DNA of 64,000 nucleotides from Candidatus Dormiibacterota bacterium (GTDB taxonomy: Bacteria > Chloroflexota > Dormibacteria > Aeolococcales > Aeolococcaceae): assembly GCA_963748505.1 (NCBI GenBank), contig CAVVJH010000010.1, positions 24,765 through 88,764 of the forward strand, read 5' to 3'. The notes under the pieces were generated by a model. That model worked only from the letters and a program-made list of their open reading frames with translations. It was not told where the DNA came from and did not search any database. This document shows, one piece after another, positions 10,553 through 21,410 of the stretch. How positions within the stretch are numbered: position 1 is the first letter of the stretch; each line of letters starts with the position of its first letter. Both the position numbers and the translations under genes were made by a program.

Positions 10553-12038
10553 TTGAACCGGCCGCCATCGGAACGAGATTCGCTTGGGCCGACCTACGTG
10601 CTCTACGGCGCGGCCGCCCTCTGCATGGTCGCGGTGCATCTCGCAACCAACGCGACCCTCGGGTTCCAGACCGACGAGTTGTACTACCTCGCATGTGGAC
10701 GTCACCTCGCCTTCGGCTACGTCGACTTTCCCACTCGTCCCGCTGCTCGCACGTCTCGACACCGGCCTGCTCGGTGTAACTGCCGTGGGCGCTTCGCGCC
10801 CTCCCGGCGATCGTCAGCGGCATCACCGTCGTGCTGTCGGGCATGTACGTTCGCCGCCTTGGCGGCTCGCTCGTGCTGCAGGGCATTGCGCTGCTCCTCG
10901 CACTCACGATGCCGCTGATCCTGGGCACATGGTTGTTCCAGACGGTTGTCTTCGACCAGTTGACATGGATGCTCTCCCTGTACTGGTTTCTCTCACTGAT
11001 CGTCACCCGGAAGGCTCGCTACTGGATCCTGCTGGGCATCACCCTGGGATTCGGTCTCGAGACGAAGGACACGATCCTCGCACTCATCGCCGGCATGGGC
11101 GTTGCGGTGCTCGCAACGCCATCACTGCGGATGATGTTGCGGACGAAATACCCCTGGTACGGAGCCGCGCTCATGGTCGTCATCTGGGCACCGAACATCA
11201 TCTGGCAGATCGTCAATGGTTTCCCGTCGCTCACATATGCCTCCAACCATGGCGGCACGATTGCCGGCGGCGGTGGGATTGCCGCGTATCTCGGTGGACT
11301 GATCCTCATCCTGAATCTGCTGATTCCCCTGTGGATCGCTGGCGCGATCTCGCTCTTCCGCAATAAGGACCTGCGACCGGTCGGTATCGCGATCGCCGTC
11401 CCGCTCGTGGCGTTTCTCTTTGTCGGAAAGTATTACTACGCGGGGCCGACGATTCCGCTGGTGCTCGCGCAGGGGCTGATCGCGATATCACACCTGGATC
11501 GCCGCCGAACTCAGATCCGGGCTCACCGCGAGCGTTGTTGTCGCAACGGTTCTCGCCGGCGCGGCGCTCCTGAAGTACGCGCTTCCGATCACGCCTTCCG
11601 ATCGCCTGCATGCCACAGGCCTCGACAGCGTGGAGGTCTTCGCCGACACGGTCGGTTGGCCGCAGATCACCAACCAGGTGACCGCGATCTACGCGGCGCT
11701 CCCGGCGTCCGAGCGCAGTGCCACGGTGATCATCTCGAGTGACTATGGCGTGGCCGGCGCTCTGGACATCTTCGGCAACCCAACCATGCTGCCCGGCGTG
11801 TACAGCCCGCAGCTGAGCGATGCCTACTGGCTTCCGTCGCATGTGTCCGCCACCGACGCGCTGATGGTCGGGTATCTACCGTCCGATGTCGCCTGGATGT
11901 GCAGCGGCGGCGCAGGTCGTTGCACATCTCACCGTGCCGTATCAGGACGCGAGCCTGGAGCAGGATGCACCGGTCACGTTCTGCCGGCTCAGCGAACCCG
12001 TCACCAGCGCCTGGTCGCGGCTGCGCGACTTTTCCTGA
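10553..12038 (+). CDS. GT39/PMT_2-like membrane glycosyltransferase; several frameshifts
   Basis: GFQTDELYYLACGRHLAFGYVDFP; FQTVVFDQL; GLETK; WAPNIIWQ; ADTVGWPQ; DYGVAGAL. Confidence 0.85.
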
Positions 12039-12142
12039 AAGGGCGGTGGATTCGAGGGCAACGTTACGGACCGCCCCCACACGCGTCAGGAGGCGGCCCG
12101 TCCGTTCGCCACAACCGCAACGCACCACCGTGCGTCGCCGCG

Positions 12143-12571
12143 TTACGCCGTGGTGCCAGCGATTCGCGGTGTCGACGCCATGGGCGCGAAACCAACCACG
12201 AGCAGGACCAACGCGGAAGCGGCGTGGAGCGCAATATCAAGGCCGCCGATCGGCACGATTCCGAGGAAGTTCCCCGTATTGAAGAACGCGCCGAGCACGG
12301 CGAGCAGCAGGTAGACGAGGCCGACGCCCTGCGCGAACAGGCGCGAGGTGCTGGTGCCACGGGCGAATGCGAGCAGACCGAGCAGGCCGACTGCCATGTG
12401 CACGACGTTGTGCACCGCGTTCACCGGGAACAATCCGAGCAGGTTGTGTGCCGTGGTCCCATCCGCGCCGCCGACGGCGGGGATGAAGCCGATGACACCG
12501 ACGAGCAGGTAGACGGCCCCGAAGAGACCGGCCGTGGTCTTGGGAATGGACATGTGCTTGCCCTCATGCAA
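12143..12571 (-). CDS. DUF4383 domain membrane protein
   Basis: FGAVYLLVGVIGF...LLGLFPVNAVHNVVH...LH. Confidence 0.8.
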   Translation of the reverse strand: MHEGKHMSIPKTTAGLFGAVYLLVGVIGFIPAVGGADGTTAHNLLGLFPVNAVHNVVHMAVGLLGLLAFARGTSTSRLFAQGVGLVYLLLAVLGAFFNTGNFLGIVPIGGLDIALHAASALVLLVVGFAPMASTPRIAGTTA

Positions 12572-12689
12572 TCGGCCATTCGCGGCCGAGGTTGGTGGTT
12601 GGTCTGTAATGGGCTACGACGGGTGTACCGCGACCGGATCAGTCGCCGGGACGCAGTGATCCGGGTTTGGGCCGGCGCGCGTAGCAAAG

Positions 12690-13208
12690 GTGATGGACAT
12701 GGCAGGCGACCACGCCGTCGCCCTGATGGGCGTGCTTTTCCTTCCCGTCGCAGTGATACCGGCGCTCCTGGCGCTGCAAGTGCTCGCCGCGCGCTCGCGG
12801 TTCGCGGCCACACTGTGGGACCGCATCGAATCGGCTAGCCCCGCCACCCGCCTGGGCTCGGTGATGCTGCTTGCCACCGCAGACATCCACCTCACCCTGG
12901 TACCGGTGCACATGCTCGAGGAACCGGTCACCGGCGTGCTCTTTCTGCTCGACACTATCGCGCTGACCACAGTCGCGCTGATGGCGTTCTGGTCACCTCG
13001 CTGGCGCGGGCCCGCGCTGGCACTGTTGATCGCCAACGTTCTGGTGTATGCGCTCTATATCGGTGCCGGATGGGAGGGCGCGGACATCGTCGGCGTCGCC
13101 ACGAAGATCCTCGAACTGGCGGCGATTGTCGTCGTGGCGCGCGCAAGCCGTCCGGCGGTCGCCGCGCGCACATCGCCACGGCGATCCTCGGCCGTCAGCG
13201 CAATCTAG
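12690..13208 (+). CDS. Membrane protein
   Basis: Hydrophobic helices; ADIHLTLVPVHMLE and DIVGVATKILE motifs. Confidence 0.65.
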   Translation: MMDMAGDHAVALMGVLFLPVAVIPALLALQVLAARSRFAATLWDRIESASPATRLGSVMLLATADIHLTLVPVHMLEEPVTGVLFLLDTIALTTVALMAFWSPRWRGPALALLIANVLVYALYIGAGWEGADIVGVATKILELAAIVVVARASRPAVAARTSPRRSSAVSAI

Positions 13209-13930
13209 CGCGCTTCCGCCGATTCGCGTTCGTACTCGGTCGGATCCACGACGCCGGCGAGGGTGAAGGCCTCGCGCCGTTCGTAGCAGGTGCCGCACGT
13301 CCCGCAGTGCAGCTCGCGACCCTTGTAGCAGGACCAGGTCCGCTCGAACGGCACGTGCAACTCGGCACCGCGCCGAACGATGTCTGTCTTGTCCATCGCA
13401 ATCAGTGGCGCAAGAATTTCCAGCTCGCCGAATCCCTCGACTGCGAGATTCACCATGGTGGCAAAGGCACGCAGGAATTCCGGTCGGCAGTCCGGGTAGA
13501 TCGGATGGTCGCCGGTATGCGCACCGAAGGCAACAGCACCGATCGACTGGCTCACCGCGAGCGCGCACGCGATGCTCAGCATGATCGCATTGCGATTTGG
13601 CACCACCGTCGCCTTCATGCTGTCGTCCGCGTAGTGGCCGTCGGGAACGCCGACCGAATCATCGGTGAGCGCCGAGCCGGCCATGAACTTGGTGACACCT
13701 GCCGCATGCAGGTCAATGAGTGTCCACTGCGCGCCCAGGTCGGCACACATGCGCTCGGCGTAGGTCAGCTCCTTGCGATGTCGCTGCCCGTAGTCGAACG
13801 AGATCGCACTGAGGCCATACCCTTCAGCGCGCAACGCGTAGGCCATGGTGGTGGAGTCGAGACCGCCCGACACGACGGCGACGACCTTGCGTTCCACCGC
13901 CGTTGCGTCAGCCACGTCCTCAGTGTGCAC
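13205..13930 (-). CDS. queC: 7-cyano-7-deazaguanine synthase
   Basis: SGGLDS PP-loop, FDYGQRH, VVPNRN, YPDCRPEF, TWSCY...HCGTCGTC. Confidence 0.95.
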   Translation of the reverse strand: MHTEDVADATAVERKVVAVVSGGLDSTTMAYALRAEGYGLSAISFDYGQRHRKELTYAERMCADLGAQWTLIDLHAAGVTKFMAGSALTDDSVGVPDGHYADDSMKATVVPNRNAIMLSIACALAVSQSIGAVAFGAHTGDHPIYPDCRPEFLRAFATMVNLAVEGFGELEILAPLIAMDKTDIVRRGAELHVPFERTWSCYKGRELHCGTCGTCYERREAFTLAGVVDPTEYERESAEAR

Positions 13931-13992
13931 CGCCGTCTGTCCTGAGCCGCCAGACCGTCAGGCGGCCCAGGAGGACGACACGTCAAACCGCC

Positions 13993-14604
13993 TTACGAAA
14001 CGAGTTCGGCGAACCCAACCTCGAAGCTCTCGACCTCGGGGCTTGCGGCGCCCATGACGGCGGCAGCGGCCGCGCGGATCGTGGAGCCCGCATCGGCTGA
14101 TGCATCCAAGTCTGACTTCGTGGTCCACACAGTCACCGACACGCTGTTTCCGGACGTGCGGTCAACAAACAGGACCGCTGCCCTGAAGCCGGCGAGCGCC
14201 TCGACGCCGGGGATGACCTGGGAGTTGTAGTGAGCCACGCCCTCATCGACCTTCGCGGGATCGCCGGCCAGGTTGGTCACGCGCACCCAGTTGCCCGCCT
14301 CGGTGGGCAACGGCCGGTGCTGCGTCATGACTTCGAAGTACTCGGACACCGGGTCATCAGCCCCAAAGGCCGAGACCGCGTCACGCCGGACGCCACTCAG
14401 AGCCGCCTCGCTGGCGCGCGCAGACTCTTCATCACGCCAGAACGTGACGCTCATGCTCCGCCCCTGAGCGCGGTCAACCAGGAGCCTCGCTCCTGCATAA
14501 CCCGCCTGCTCGCGCAGTGCCGGAGCCACGCGCGATTGATAGTTCTCGATTGCGGCGTCAGCCTTCGAAGCGTCGCCACGCAGACGAAGAAATCGAGCGT
14601 ACAT
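13993..14604 (-). CDS. Antibiotic biosynthesis monooxygenase-like protein with two tandem domains
   Basis: Internal duplication GDASKADAAI..LLVDR..G..SVTFW / GDPAKVDEGV..LFVDR..G..SVTVW; GGAGG RBS. Confidence 0.75.
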   Translation of the reverse strand: MYARFLRLRGDASKADAAIENYQSRVAPALREQAGYAGARLLVDRAQGRSMSVTFWRDEESARASEAALSGVRRDAVSAFGADDPVSEYFEVMTQHRPLPTEAGNWVRVTNLAGDPAKVDEGVAHYNSQVIPGVEALAGFRAAVLFVDRTSGNSVSVTVWTTKSDLDASADAGSTIRAAAAAVMGAASPEVESFEVGFAELVS

Positions 14605-14673
14605 AGGTGCCTCCTCCAAACGGCGCCGGCATCCCTGGTGGGATCGGCAGGACGGTGACTGTACTCCATGGAC

Positions 14674-14689
14674 TGCAAGGCGGCTGCAA
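14674..14689 (+). promoter_or_regulatory. Candidate SARP-type operator (TGCAA-N6-TGCAA)
   Basis: TGCAAggcggcTGCAA about 70 nt upstream of the cupin start; the same motif lies at 20558-20573. Confidence 0.5.
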
Positions 14690-14759
14690 CCTGGGATCGC
14701 GAGGATGCAGATGAGCGTCGTGACGACGCGATCACCAATGCACCAGGAGGCACCGCGAC

Positions 14760-15125
14760 ATGACAACAGCAATCGCAGCGGAGAAGAAGACACTCTCGCA
14801 GCCGAACGAGGTTCGCACGTTCGACAAGGGACGGCTCGAGCTGGTTGACATCGGTGGTGGCACCGTTGGACGCCTCACACTCGAGCCGGGATGGAAGTGG
14901 TCGTTGCACGTCAAGCCGGTCGCTGGTACCGAGCTCTGCGAAGCGCCGCACTTTCAGTACCACGTCTCCGGCGCCTTGCACATCCTGATGGCCGACGGCA
15001 CGGAGTTCGACGCCTACCCCGGCGATATCACGGCCTTGCCTTCGGGGCATGACGCCTGGGTCGTCGGCGATGACCCCGTGGTGCTCATCGACTGGAACGG
15101 TGCGAGCAACTACGCGAAGACCTGA
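14760..15125 (+). CDS. Cupin domain protein
   Basis: LEPGWKWS.HVKP..GT..C...HFQY.VSG.LH...LPSGHDAWVVGD; CAGGAGG RBS. Confidence 0.88.
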   Translation: MTTAIAAEKKTLSQPNEVRTFDKGRLELVDIGGGTVGRLTLEPGWKWSLHVKPVAGTELCEAPHFQYHVSGALHILMADGTEFDAYPGDITALPSGHDAWVVGDDPVVLIDWNGASNYAKT

Positions 15126-15177
15126 ACCAAGCCGGTCTCGCCGCAGACGGCCCCCACGACCCGTATCGTTACGGGCC

Positions 15178-18100
15178 GTGGGTGGCGGCAAGTCGACGCT
15201 CCGCGTTCGTGTCATCGGCGAGTTCAGCGTTGAAGGATTCACCGAGTACGAACTCGGGAGCCGCAAAGCGCGAACGGCGCTCAGGTTGCTGGCGATCGCG
15301 GGGGGACGATCGGTGAGCGCCGAGCGAATCGCGGACGTCCTCTGGGCCGGCAATCAACCGCTCGACCCCGCTGGCCAGCTTGCCGTGATCATGAGCCGTC
15401 TCCGCGGCGTGCTCGGCTCGGAACGGATCGTCCATGGGGACAACGGCTACGCGCTCGTGGTGGACTGGCTGGACCTGACCGGCGCCACGGATCTCGTCGC
15501 CGAGGCTGAACGGCGTCTCGCAGCCGGCAACCCGGCAGCGGCGCTTGCCGCAGCGCTCTCTGCGCGCGAACTCCTCGCGCAACCACAGGTCGATGACGAC
15601 GTGTGGATGGAATCGGAGCGCCGGACCATCACGCAACTCACCGCGCGCTCCCGACATCTGGTTTCGCGGATCGCGCTCGCCGCGGGCGACATGGCCACCG
15701 GTATCGAGGCTGCTGAACAGGCGCTCGATGCCGACCCGTACGACGAGGAGGCGCTTCGCCTCGCCATGGCGGGGCTTGCAGCGCAGGGACGAACATCGTC
15801 AGCGCTCGCGTTGCATGAGGCCACCCGAGCAACGCTCGCTGACGAACTCGGCGCCTCCCCGTCGGATGCGACCGACGCGGCACACCGCGCGGTGTTGAAG
15901 GGTTTGCCGGTTCCTGGCATTGCTGTTGCCGTACATGCCGGACAGAGCGCTCGGAACACCGCAGCTTCCATCGTCGGGCGAGATGACGAACTGCGAACGC
16001 TCGATTCACTCTTCGCGTCGGTCGCTGATGGGATGCCACGCGTGGTGGTCATTGAGGGGGAGCCAGGCATTGGCAAGAGTGCCCTCGCCGCAGCCTGGAT
16101 CAGCGGTCTCCGTGCTGACATCAGAGTCTTCGAAACTCGGTGCGATCAGCTCTCCCGTGTGCTCCCTCTGCAGCCGGCACTGCAGATGTTGCAGGCGTTT
16201 CTCCGCCGAGCCGGCTCTGCCGATGCGGTCGCATTGCTGGGCGCCGACGCGGGAATGCTCGAGCCGGTCCTCAATTGGCAGGGCGGGACGGAGCCGAACC
16301 GCGACACGGCGCAGATGCTCGTGTCATCGCCTGCAGGCATCGCTGTGATCTTTGCGGCGCTCGGCCGTGTCGTGGCCCGTGCGAGCGCGCCGCAAAGCGT
16401 GCTCTTCATCGACGACATCCAGCGTGCGGATCCCATGACGTGGGAGTGGATTGCAGGTCTGGCCCGGACGCACCAATTGCCATTGCTCATCCTCTTGACC
16501 AGACGCAGCGAAGAGGGTCTCGTCCCCGCGGAGAGTCGCGTCATCCACCTCACTCCTCTTGCCGTCGACACGGTCGCGCGCATGGTCGGGGCGGATCGAG
16601 CGGTGGAGCTACACCGCCGCAGCGGCGGCAATCCGCTCTTTCTCACAGCCCTGGCCCATGCGGATCCGGGATCAGCACTGCCGAAGTCCGTGCAGGGTGC
16701 CGTGGTCGCGCGCTGCGCCGAGGCAGGTGCTGACGCCGGACCGATCCGCGATGCCGCTGTCCTCGGAACGCATGTCGACGTCGACATCCTTGCTCGCGTC
16801 CTCAAGATGGAGCCAATTCCGTTGCTCGGACAGCTCGAGACGGGGATCCGTCTGCAACTGCTCGACGAACGCGACGGTGCGTACGTCTTCCGGCACGAGA
16901 TAGTGCGCGAGGCGCTCGAGGCATCGGTCAGCTCGCCGCGCCGCGCGCTGCTGCATCGCGAGGCGGCACGCATTCTCACGACGCAGCCCGGTGTCGATCC
17001 AATGCTGATCGCGCACCACGCGCGACTGAGCGGCGCTCAGCACCTTGCCAGTGAGGCACTCACCACCGCAAGCCGGATCGCCATGGACCGGTTCGACTAC
17101 GCAACCGCGGTGAGCCTGGCCGATGAAGCCATCAGGGCCTCCAACACGTCGGCGGCTCGCATGCAGCGAGCCACGGTGCTGCTCCGTCTCGCGCGCTACG
17201 ACGACGCACGCGTCGACGCAGAGGTGGCGGTGGGGCGAGGCGACGATGTGCGCGCCTACGAGGTGGCTGGGGCTATTGCCTTCTACTGCCGCGATTTCCG
17301 GCGTGCGGCCGTGCTCGGCAGGGCACTCCTCGACGGTGCGGGCACGCCGGCGCAGCGTGTTCAGGGGCACATCATTCAGGCCCGTGCCCTGCACGCCGAA
17401 GGTCAGGTCCGCGAGGGCTACGAGCAGCTGCTGGTCGCGCTCGAGATCTGCGCCGCCGAGGGGATGCGACGGCCGGCTTCCCTGGATGCCTGGTTCAAGG
17501 TGCACATGGGTGAACCCGAGGCGGCAATTCTCGCGCTGGAATCCGGCTTCGCGGGACCCAACGAATTTCTTTCCACCATCTACACACCCGTGCACGCAAG
17601 CTTCGTCCACGGATATGCGCTGGCGACCCTGGGACGCCCAGGCGATGCGCTCCGCACTCTCGACCGGGCCTACGACGAAGCGCGTCGCTGGTCGCTCGCC
17701 CGATACGAACCGCTGGCTGCCAACATGAGTTCCTGGGTGCACCGGAACATCGGTGCCGTTGCACGGGCGCGTGAGGAGAATCAGATCGCAGCGGAGGGCG
17801 CCCGTGCTGTCGGTTATCGAGAGCTCGAGGTCTATGCGACCCTCGACCCCTGCGATGACGACCTCGCGATCGGTGAAGTCGCGACGGCCGAGAGTCGACT
17901 GAGCGTTGCGCACGATTTGATGCAGACGCCCTATGCATATGCGTGGCGACATCGCTTGCGCATTCGACTGCTCGAGGGACGGATCGCATTGCTGGCGGAT
18001 TTGCCCGAAGCGGCACTCGAACACGCGACTGGGCTGATCGACGATGCGCAACTCCGGAGCGCGCCCCGGTATGTGCGCCTCGGGCAGATGTTGTCGATAC

Positions 18101-18366
18101 GTGCACGGGCGGCGATCGGGACCGAACCCCCGGACGAGGCCACGCTCGACGCGCTCAGTGGTGCACTCGCAACCGTCGCCGGCGTCGAGGCGTGGTGGTT
18201 ATTCGATGAGCTTGGCGTCGCGCTCGGATCTCCCCACTGTTTCGAACTCGCAGCCGCGCATCGCGACCGCCTCGCGGCAAATCTCGATGCCGACGACCGA
18301 GCGCGCTTTGCCGACTACGCGGGTGCGCAGCTGGAGAGAATCAGGACGCGCGGCGCAAGTCCCTGA
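15178..18366 (+). CDS. SARP-family regulator (wHTH-BTAD) fused to a P-loop AAA ATPase and a TPR-like region
   Basis: LGSRKAR..LRLLA..LW..MSRLR; DPYDEEALRLAM (BTAD); Walker A GEPGIGKS; Walker B LFIDD; SGGNPLF; YVFRH. Confidence 0.9.
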   Translation: MGGGKSTLRVRVIGEFSVEGFTEYELGSRKARTALRLLAIAGGRSVSAERIADVLWAGNQPLDPAGQLAVIMSRLRGVLGSERIVHGDNGYALVVDWLDLTGATDLVAEAERRLAAGNPAAALAAALSARELLAQPQVDDDVWMESERRTITQLTARSRHLVSRIALAAGDMATGIEAAEQALDADPYDEEALRLAMAGLAAQGRTSSALALHEATRATLADELGASPSDATDAAHRAVLKGLPVPGIAVAVHAGQSARNTAASIVGRDDELRTLDSLFASVADGMPRVVVIEGEPGIGKSALAAAWISGLRADIRVFETRCDQLSRVLPLQPALQMLQAFLRRAGSADAVALLGADAGMLEPVLNWQGGTEPNRDTAQMLVSSPAGIAVIFAALGRVVARASAPQSVLFIDDIQRADPMTWEWIAGLARTHQLPLLILLTRRSEEGLVPAESRVIHLTPLAVDTVARMVGADRAVELHRRSGGNPLFLTALAHADPGSALPKSVQGAVVARCAEAGADAGPIRDAAVLGTHVDVDILARVLKMEPIPLLGQLETGIRLQLLDERDGAYVFRHEIVREALEASVSSPRRALLHREAARILTTQPGVDPMLIAHHARLSGAQHLASEALTTASRIAMDRFDYATAVSLADEAIRASNTSAARMQRATVLLRLARYDDARVDAEVAVGRGDDVRAYEVAGAIAFYCRDFRRAAVLGRALLDGAGTPAQRVQGHIIQARALHAEGQVREGYEQLLVALEICAAEGMRRPASLDAWFKVHMGEPEAAILALESGFAGPNEFLSTIYTPVHASFVHGYALATLGRPGDALRTLDRAYDEARRWSLARYEPLAANMSSWVHRNIGAVARAREENQIAAEGARAVGYRELEVYATLDPCDDDLAIGEVATAESRLSVAHDLMQTPYAYAWRHRLRIRLLEGRIALLADLPEAALEHATGLIDDAQLRSAPRYVRLGQMLSIRARAAIGTEPPDEATLDALSGALATVAGVEAWWLFDELGVALGSPHCFELAAAHRDRLAANLDADDRARFADYAGAQLERIRTRGASP

Positions 18367-19103
18367 CCTTGCTGCGCCACCGCGGCAACGGCTTCACGCA
18401 CCAATGCCTCACGCTCGAGGTGTGGCAACGACCGCACGAACGGCGCGAGGTGGGCCATGCCGGTTCGATACTCCACCATCGCTTCCGGCGAATCGATGCC
18501 CGAGTTGATGGTGACGTCGTCGATGCGAATATCGGCGAGCCCCGCTTCGGCCGCGCAGCCATGTAGCAGCGAAGGTGTGTTGCTGAGCGGCTCGGCAGTG
18601 GCCTTGAGATGCACGTACCAGGACGGCGCAACGTATCCATGCTGCGCCGCCAGCTCATCGACGATGTGCTTGTTCGCGTTTCTGGGTGCCGCGGCAAAGA
18701 CGGCGACGATGATCGGGCCCGAAGGTTTCACGACTCGCCGCAGCTCTGCGAGCGAGCGCACGGGTGTGTCGACATGCGATATCGCAAACGCGCTGACCGC
18801 AGCACCGAACGCGCCGTCGAGAAATGGCAATGCGCAAAGGTCGCCAACGATTGCGATCAGTGCGGCATCGCCCACCTGGGCCAGCATGTCTGCCGACGCA
18901 TCGAAGGCGACGGGCAGCGCACCGGCGCGCGCAAGAGCGCGGCATGCGGCACCGGTCCCCGCCCCTGCATCGAGCACCAGCTTCCCCGCGAAGCGCGGGG
19001 CATGCGGCTGCACAACTCGAAGCGCCAGGCGGTCGTAGACAAGCGACGGACCGCACGCCCATGCGGCGCCGGAGCCTTCATAGGCGGTCCGAACGTCGGT
19101 CAC
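18315..19103 (-). CDS. Class I SAM-dependent methyltransferase
   Basis: VLDAGAGTG; D.SADML; GD..ALPF.DG.F; ELRRVVKP. Confidence 0.88.
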   Translation of the reverse strand: MTDVRTAYEGSGAAWACGPSLVYDRLALRVVQPHAPRFAGKLVLDAGAGTGAACRALARAGALPVAFDASADMLAQVGDAALIAIVGDLCALPFLDGAFGAAVSAFAISHVDTPVRSLAELRRVVKPSGPIIVAVFAAAPRNANKHIVDELAAQHGYVAPSWYVHLKATAEPLSNTPSLLHGCAAEAGLADIRIDDVTINSGIDSPEAMVEYRTGMAHLAPFVRSLPHLEREALVREAVAAVAQQGQGLAPRVLILSSCAPA

Positions 19104-20096
19104 AGCAACCGCACGGCCTCATCAAGGCGGTCGCTCCACCAACCGAATTCGGTGGCATCTTCGTTCTTGGTCCAGCCGAGTTGCAGAAAGGCGCCTGCGA
19201 GCGCCGCGGTGAGCTGTGCGTCCCACCACGCCGACGTGTCAACCCCACGCTCTTCGAGCGATCGGCGGTAGCAGGCGATCGACGCTTCCTTCGTCTCGGG
19301 AAGCCGGTCGCAGTTGACCGCCAGGTACCAGGCAAGATCGATGAGCGGCGGGCCCGCACCGCAACGATCCCAGTCGAGGAGCACGGTGACCTCACCGATG
19401 CTGCCCAGGTTGCCGAGCTTCCAGTCACCCTGCACCAATGTGCTCGGGCCCACCTGCAGTGCGGCGACCAGCGGCGATGGGTCAGCCGCGAGGTCGAGCA
19501 GGACCCGTGCTTGACGCGGATGCTGTTCCTCCATCAAGCGCCATCCGCGACCGACCGCCGGCGGGACCGGATCGGCCGTGGCCACCAGGGCTTCGAGCGC
19601 GGACATCGTTGGCGTGAGCGCGACGTAGTGGTGCATGAGCGGAAAGAGACTGCCGTCGTCGGAAAATCCGAGATACGTCGCGTGCATCAGAGCCATGTGC
19701 TGGAGAAACTGGTGATGGAGCGGGATGGAGATGTCGTCACTCCCAGGAGGCACCAGCCCGGTGGCGACGTCATGCATGAGCAGCGCCGCCCCTCGATGAC
19801 CACGCGTTGAGATGTACGGCGCGCAGGCGACGATGGTGTGGTCGATGACGTCCGGAAGCAGATCGAGCACGCCGGACGTGAGCAACGTCAGCTGCCTGCA
19901 GTGCAGATCGCCGGTCGCGCGCATGATCCAGTCATCGTCGACGCAGAGATACTTGACCACGAACGGCTCTCGGTCGATCCTGACGCGCTCGAAATGGCTC
20001 CCCGACAAGGAGTTCGGCGGTCTTCCACGGCTGACGATCCACGGCGCCAGCGAGCATCTGGTCCACCGACTCGGCGTAGCGCACCGGTCGTGTCAC
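19100..20096 (-). CDS. Aminoglycoside/choline-kinase-like phosphotransferase; frameshift near 20005
   Basis: TLVQGDWKLGNL, LLDW, DLAWYL; N-terminus (TRPVRYAESVDQML) in a shifted frame. Confidence 0.8.
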
Positions 20097-20106
20097 CGGC
20101 GTCGGA

Positions 20107-20493
20107 TCAGCCAACTGCTGCAGCATCAGCCATCTCCGCCTGGAGCGCGGCGCCCCATCTTCCGCCGCACCAGGCGGTGTCCTTGGCGATGAGGCCGTTC
20201 CGAACCTCGAGACGATGCGCCTGGTGGCACATGTGTGGCTCTCCGTCCTCCTCCCAGGTGAGGACGAACTGCAGCAGCGCGCCGTCCTCCAGCGGTGTGA
20301 TGGCGAACTCCTCGAAGCGCCCGGGGTCCGCGAACCAGCGCGCAAGCTCAGCGGCAACGTTCTCGCCGCCGCGCACGCTGTAGCGCCAGTTGGGAACGGT
20401 TGCGTCGAGCGTTGCATCCACCGCGAACGCGCGCGACTCCGGAACGGACGCGCGCTCGATCGAGTGGATGAACCGGTCGATGGCATCGGTCAT
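20107..20493 (-). CDS. SnoaL-like protein
   Basis: DATLDATVPNWR...GLIAKDTAWCGGRW; AGGAG RBS. Confidence 0.7.
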   Translation of the reverse strand: MTDAIDRFIHSIERASVPESRAFAVDATLDATVPNWRYSVRGGENVAAELARWFADPGRFEEFAITPLEDGALLQFVLTWEEDGEPHMCHQAHRLEVRNGLIAKDTAWCGGRWGAALQAEMADAAAVG

Positions 20494-20557
20494 GGTGATG
20501 GCTCCTGTAACGGCGGTGACGCGTCTGGCGAGTGAGGCCAAGCGTGCGTCCATCGCC

Positions 20558-20573
20558 TTGCAGCCTGATTGCA
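20558..20573 (-). promoter_or_regulatory. Candidate SARP-type operator (TGCAA-N6-TGCAA)
   Basis: Minus strand TGCAAtcaggcTGCAA about 65 nt upstream of the SnoaL start. Confidence 0.5.
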
Positions 20574-20657
20574 CCTTCCGAGACCGCGGTACGAGGAGGT
20601 TGGGCCCGGCAGAGAGTGGACTCCGCCGGGCCCTTCCGTCCAGGGACAGCAGAGTGG

Positions 20658-21410
20658 CTACGCGGTCGTCCGCGACTGCGCCGATCGCCCGGGGACATCA
20701 ACGCCTTCCAGCGTCTCCGAATCGAAGATCTCGGTGATCCCTGGTATCGGCTTGTTGAAGTCGACGAAGGGTGGGTAGATCTTGGCGAGGTTTTCCTTGA
20801 ACCACACATCGAATTCGGACGTGGACGCGGCGAACTGCTGGTTGGCCGCCTCCGGATCCTCACTCTCGGTATACACCGCAGTGACCGGACCCTGTGGGGT
20901 CTGCATGAGCGTGACGATCTGCAAATTTGAGCGCCGGGTGCGCTGCGCCTGGGTCATCGCGTCGCGACTGAACGCATCGTTGGCCCATTCACGAGCGAAC
21001 GCCTCCATCTCGGGAATGATCGGCGCCATGAAGGCGAAGCCCTTGCCGCGCGCGACCTCCGGATCCGACCACTCGACGACGATCTCGGGCCCAGGGCCTT
21101 CAGGCGGGTGCGAGAGGTCAACGCCGTGAACCTCGAGCACGTGCGCGGCGAATATCTTGCCCATCGGGGTCTGGTCCTGGGCCGCTGCAGCAAGCGCCTC
21201 GCCGATCGTCGGGTGCGTTGTCTCGAGGTAGGCGACGACGAAATCGCCCATCGGGGTCTGCTGCCAGTACGCACGTTCGAGGGTCACGCCCATCGACCGC
21301 CTCGACTCCCAGTAGCCCGCAGGATCTGCCTCGAAGCGCTTGACGATGCTTCTGAGTTCGTCTTCCGACTTTCCGGGCATAACCGGAAACGCGACGGCTC
21401 CACGTGCCAT
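20658..21410 (-). CDS. Hypothetical protein with an internally duplicated domain (possibly DUF6176-like)
   Basis: AFPVMPGK...QQTPMGD.VVAYLE repeated as FMAPIIPE...MQTPQG.VTAVYTE. Confidence 0.7.
   Translation of the reverse strand: MARGAVAFPVMPGKSEDELRSIVKRFEADPAGYWESRRSMGVTLERAYWQQTPMGDFVVAYLETTHPTIGEALAAAAQDQTPMGKIFAAHVLEVHGVDLSHPPEGPGPEIVVEWSDPEVARGKGFAFMAPIIPEMEAFAREWANDAFSRDAMTQAQRTRRSNLQIVTLMQTPQGPVTAVYTESEDPEAANQQFAASTSEFDVWFKENLAKIYPPFVDFNKPIPGITEIFDSETLEGVDVPGRSAQSRTTA

Noticed and set aside
13205-13930. Orphan queC as part of a Qat, CBASS or Dpd defence system
   Set aside because: The sequence is canonical stand-alone QueC, with no TatD, cyclase, TGT-like or other defence genes beside it.
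15178-18366. STAND/Avs-type antiviral NTPase
   Set aside because: The N-terminal wHTH-BTAD and the absence of an effector domain fit a transcriptional regulator.
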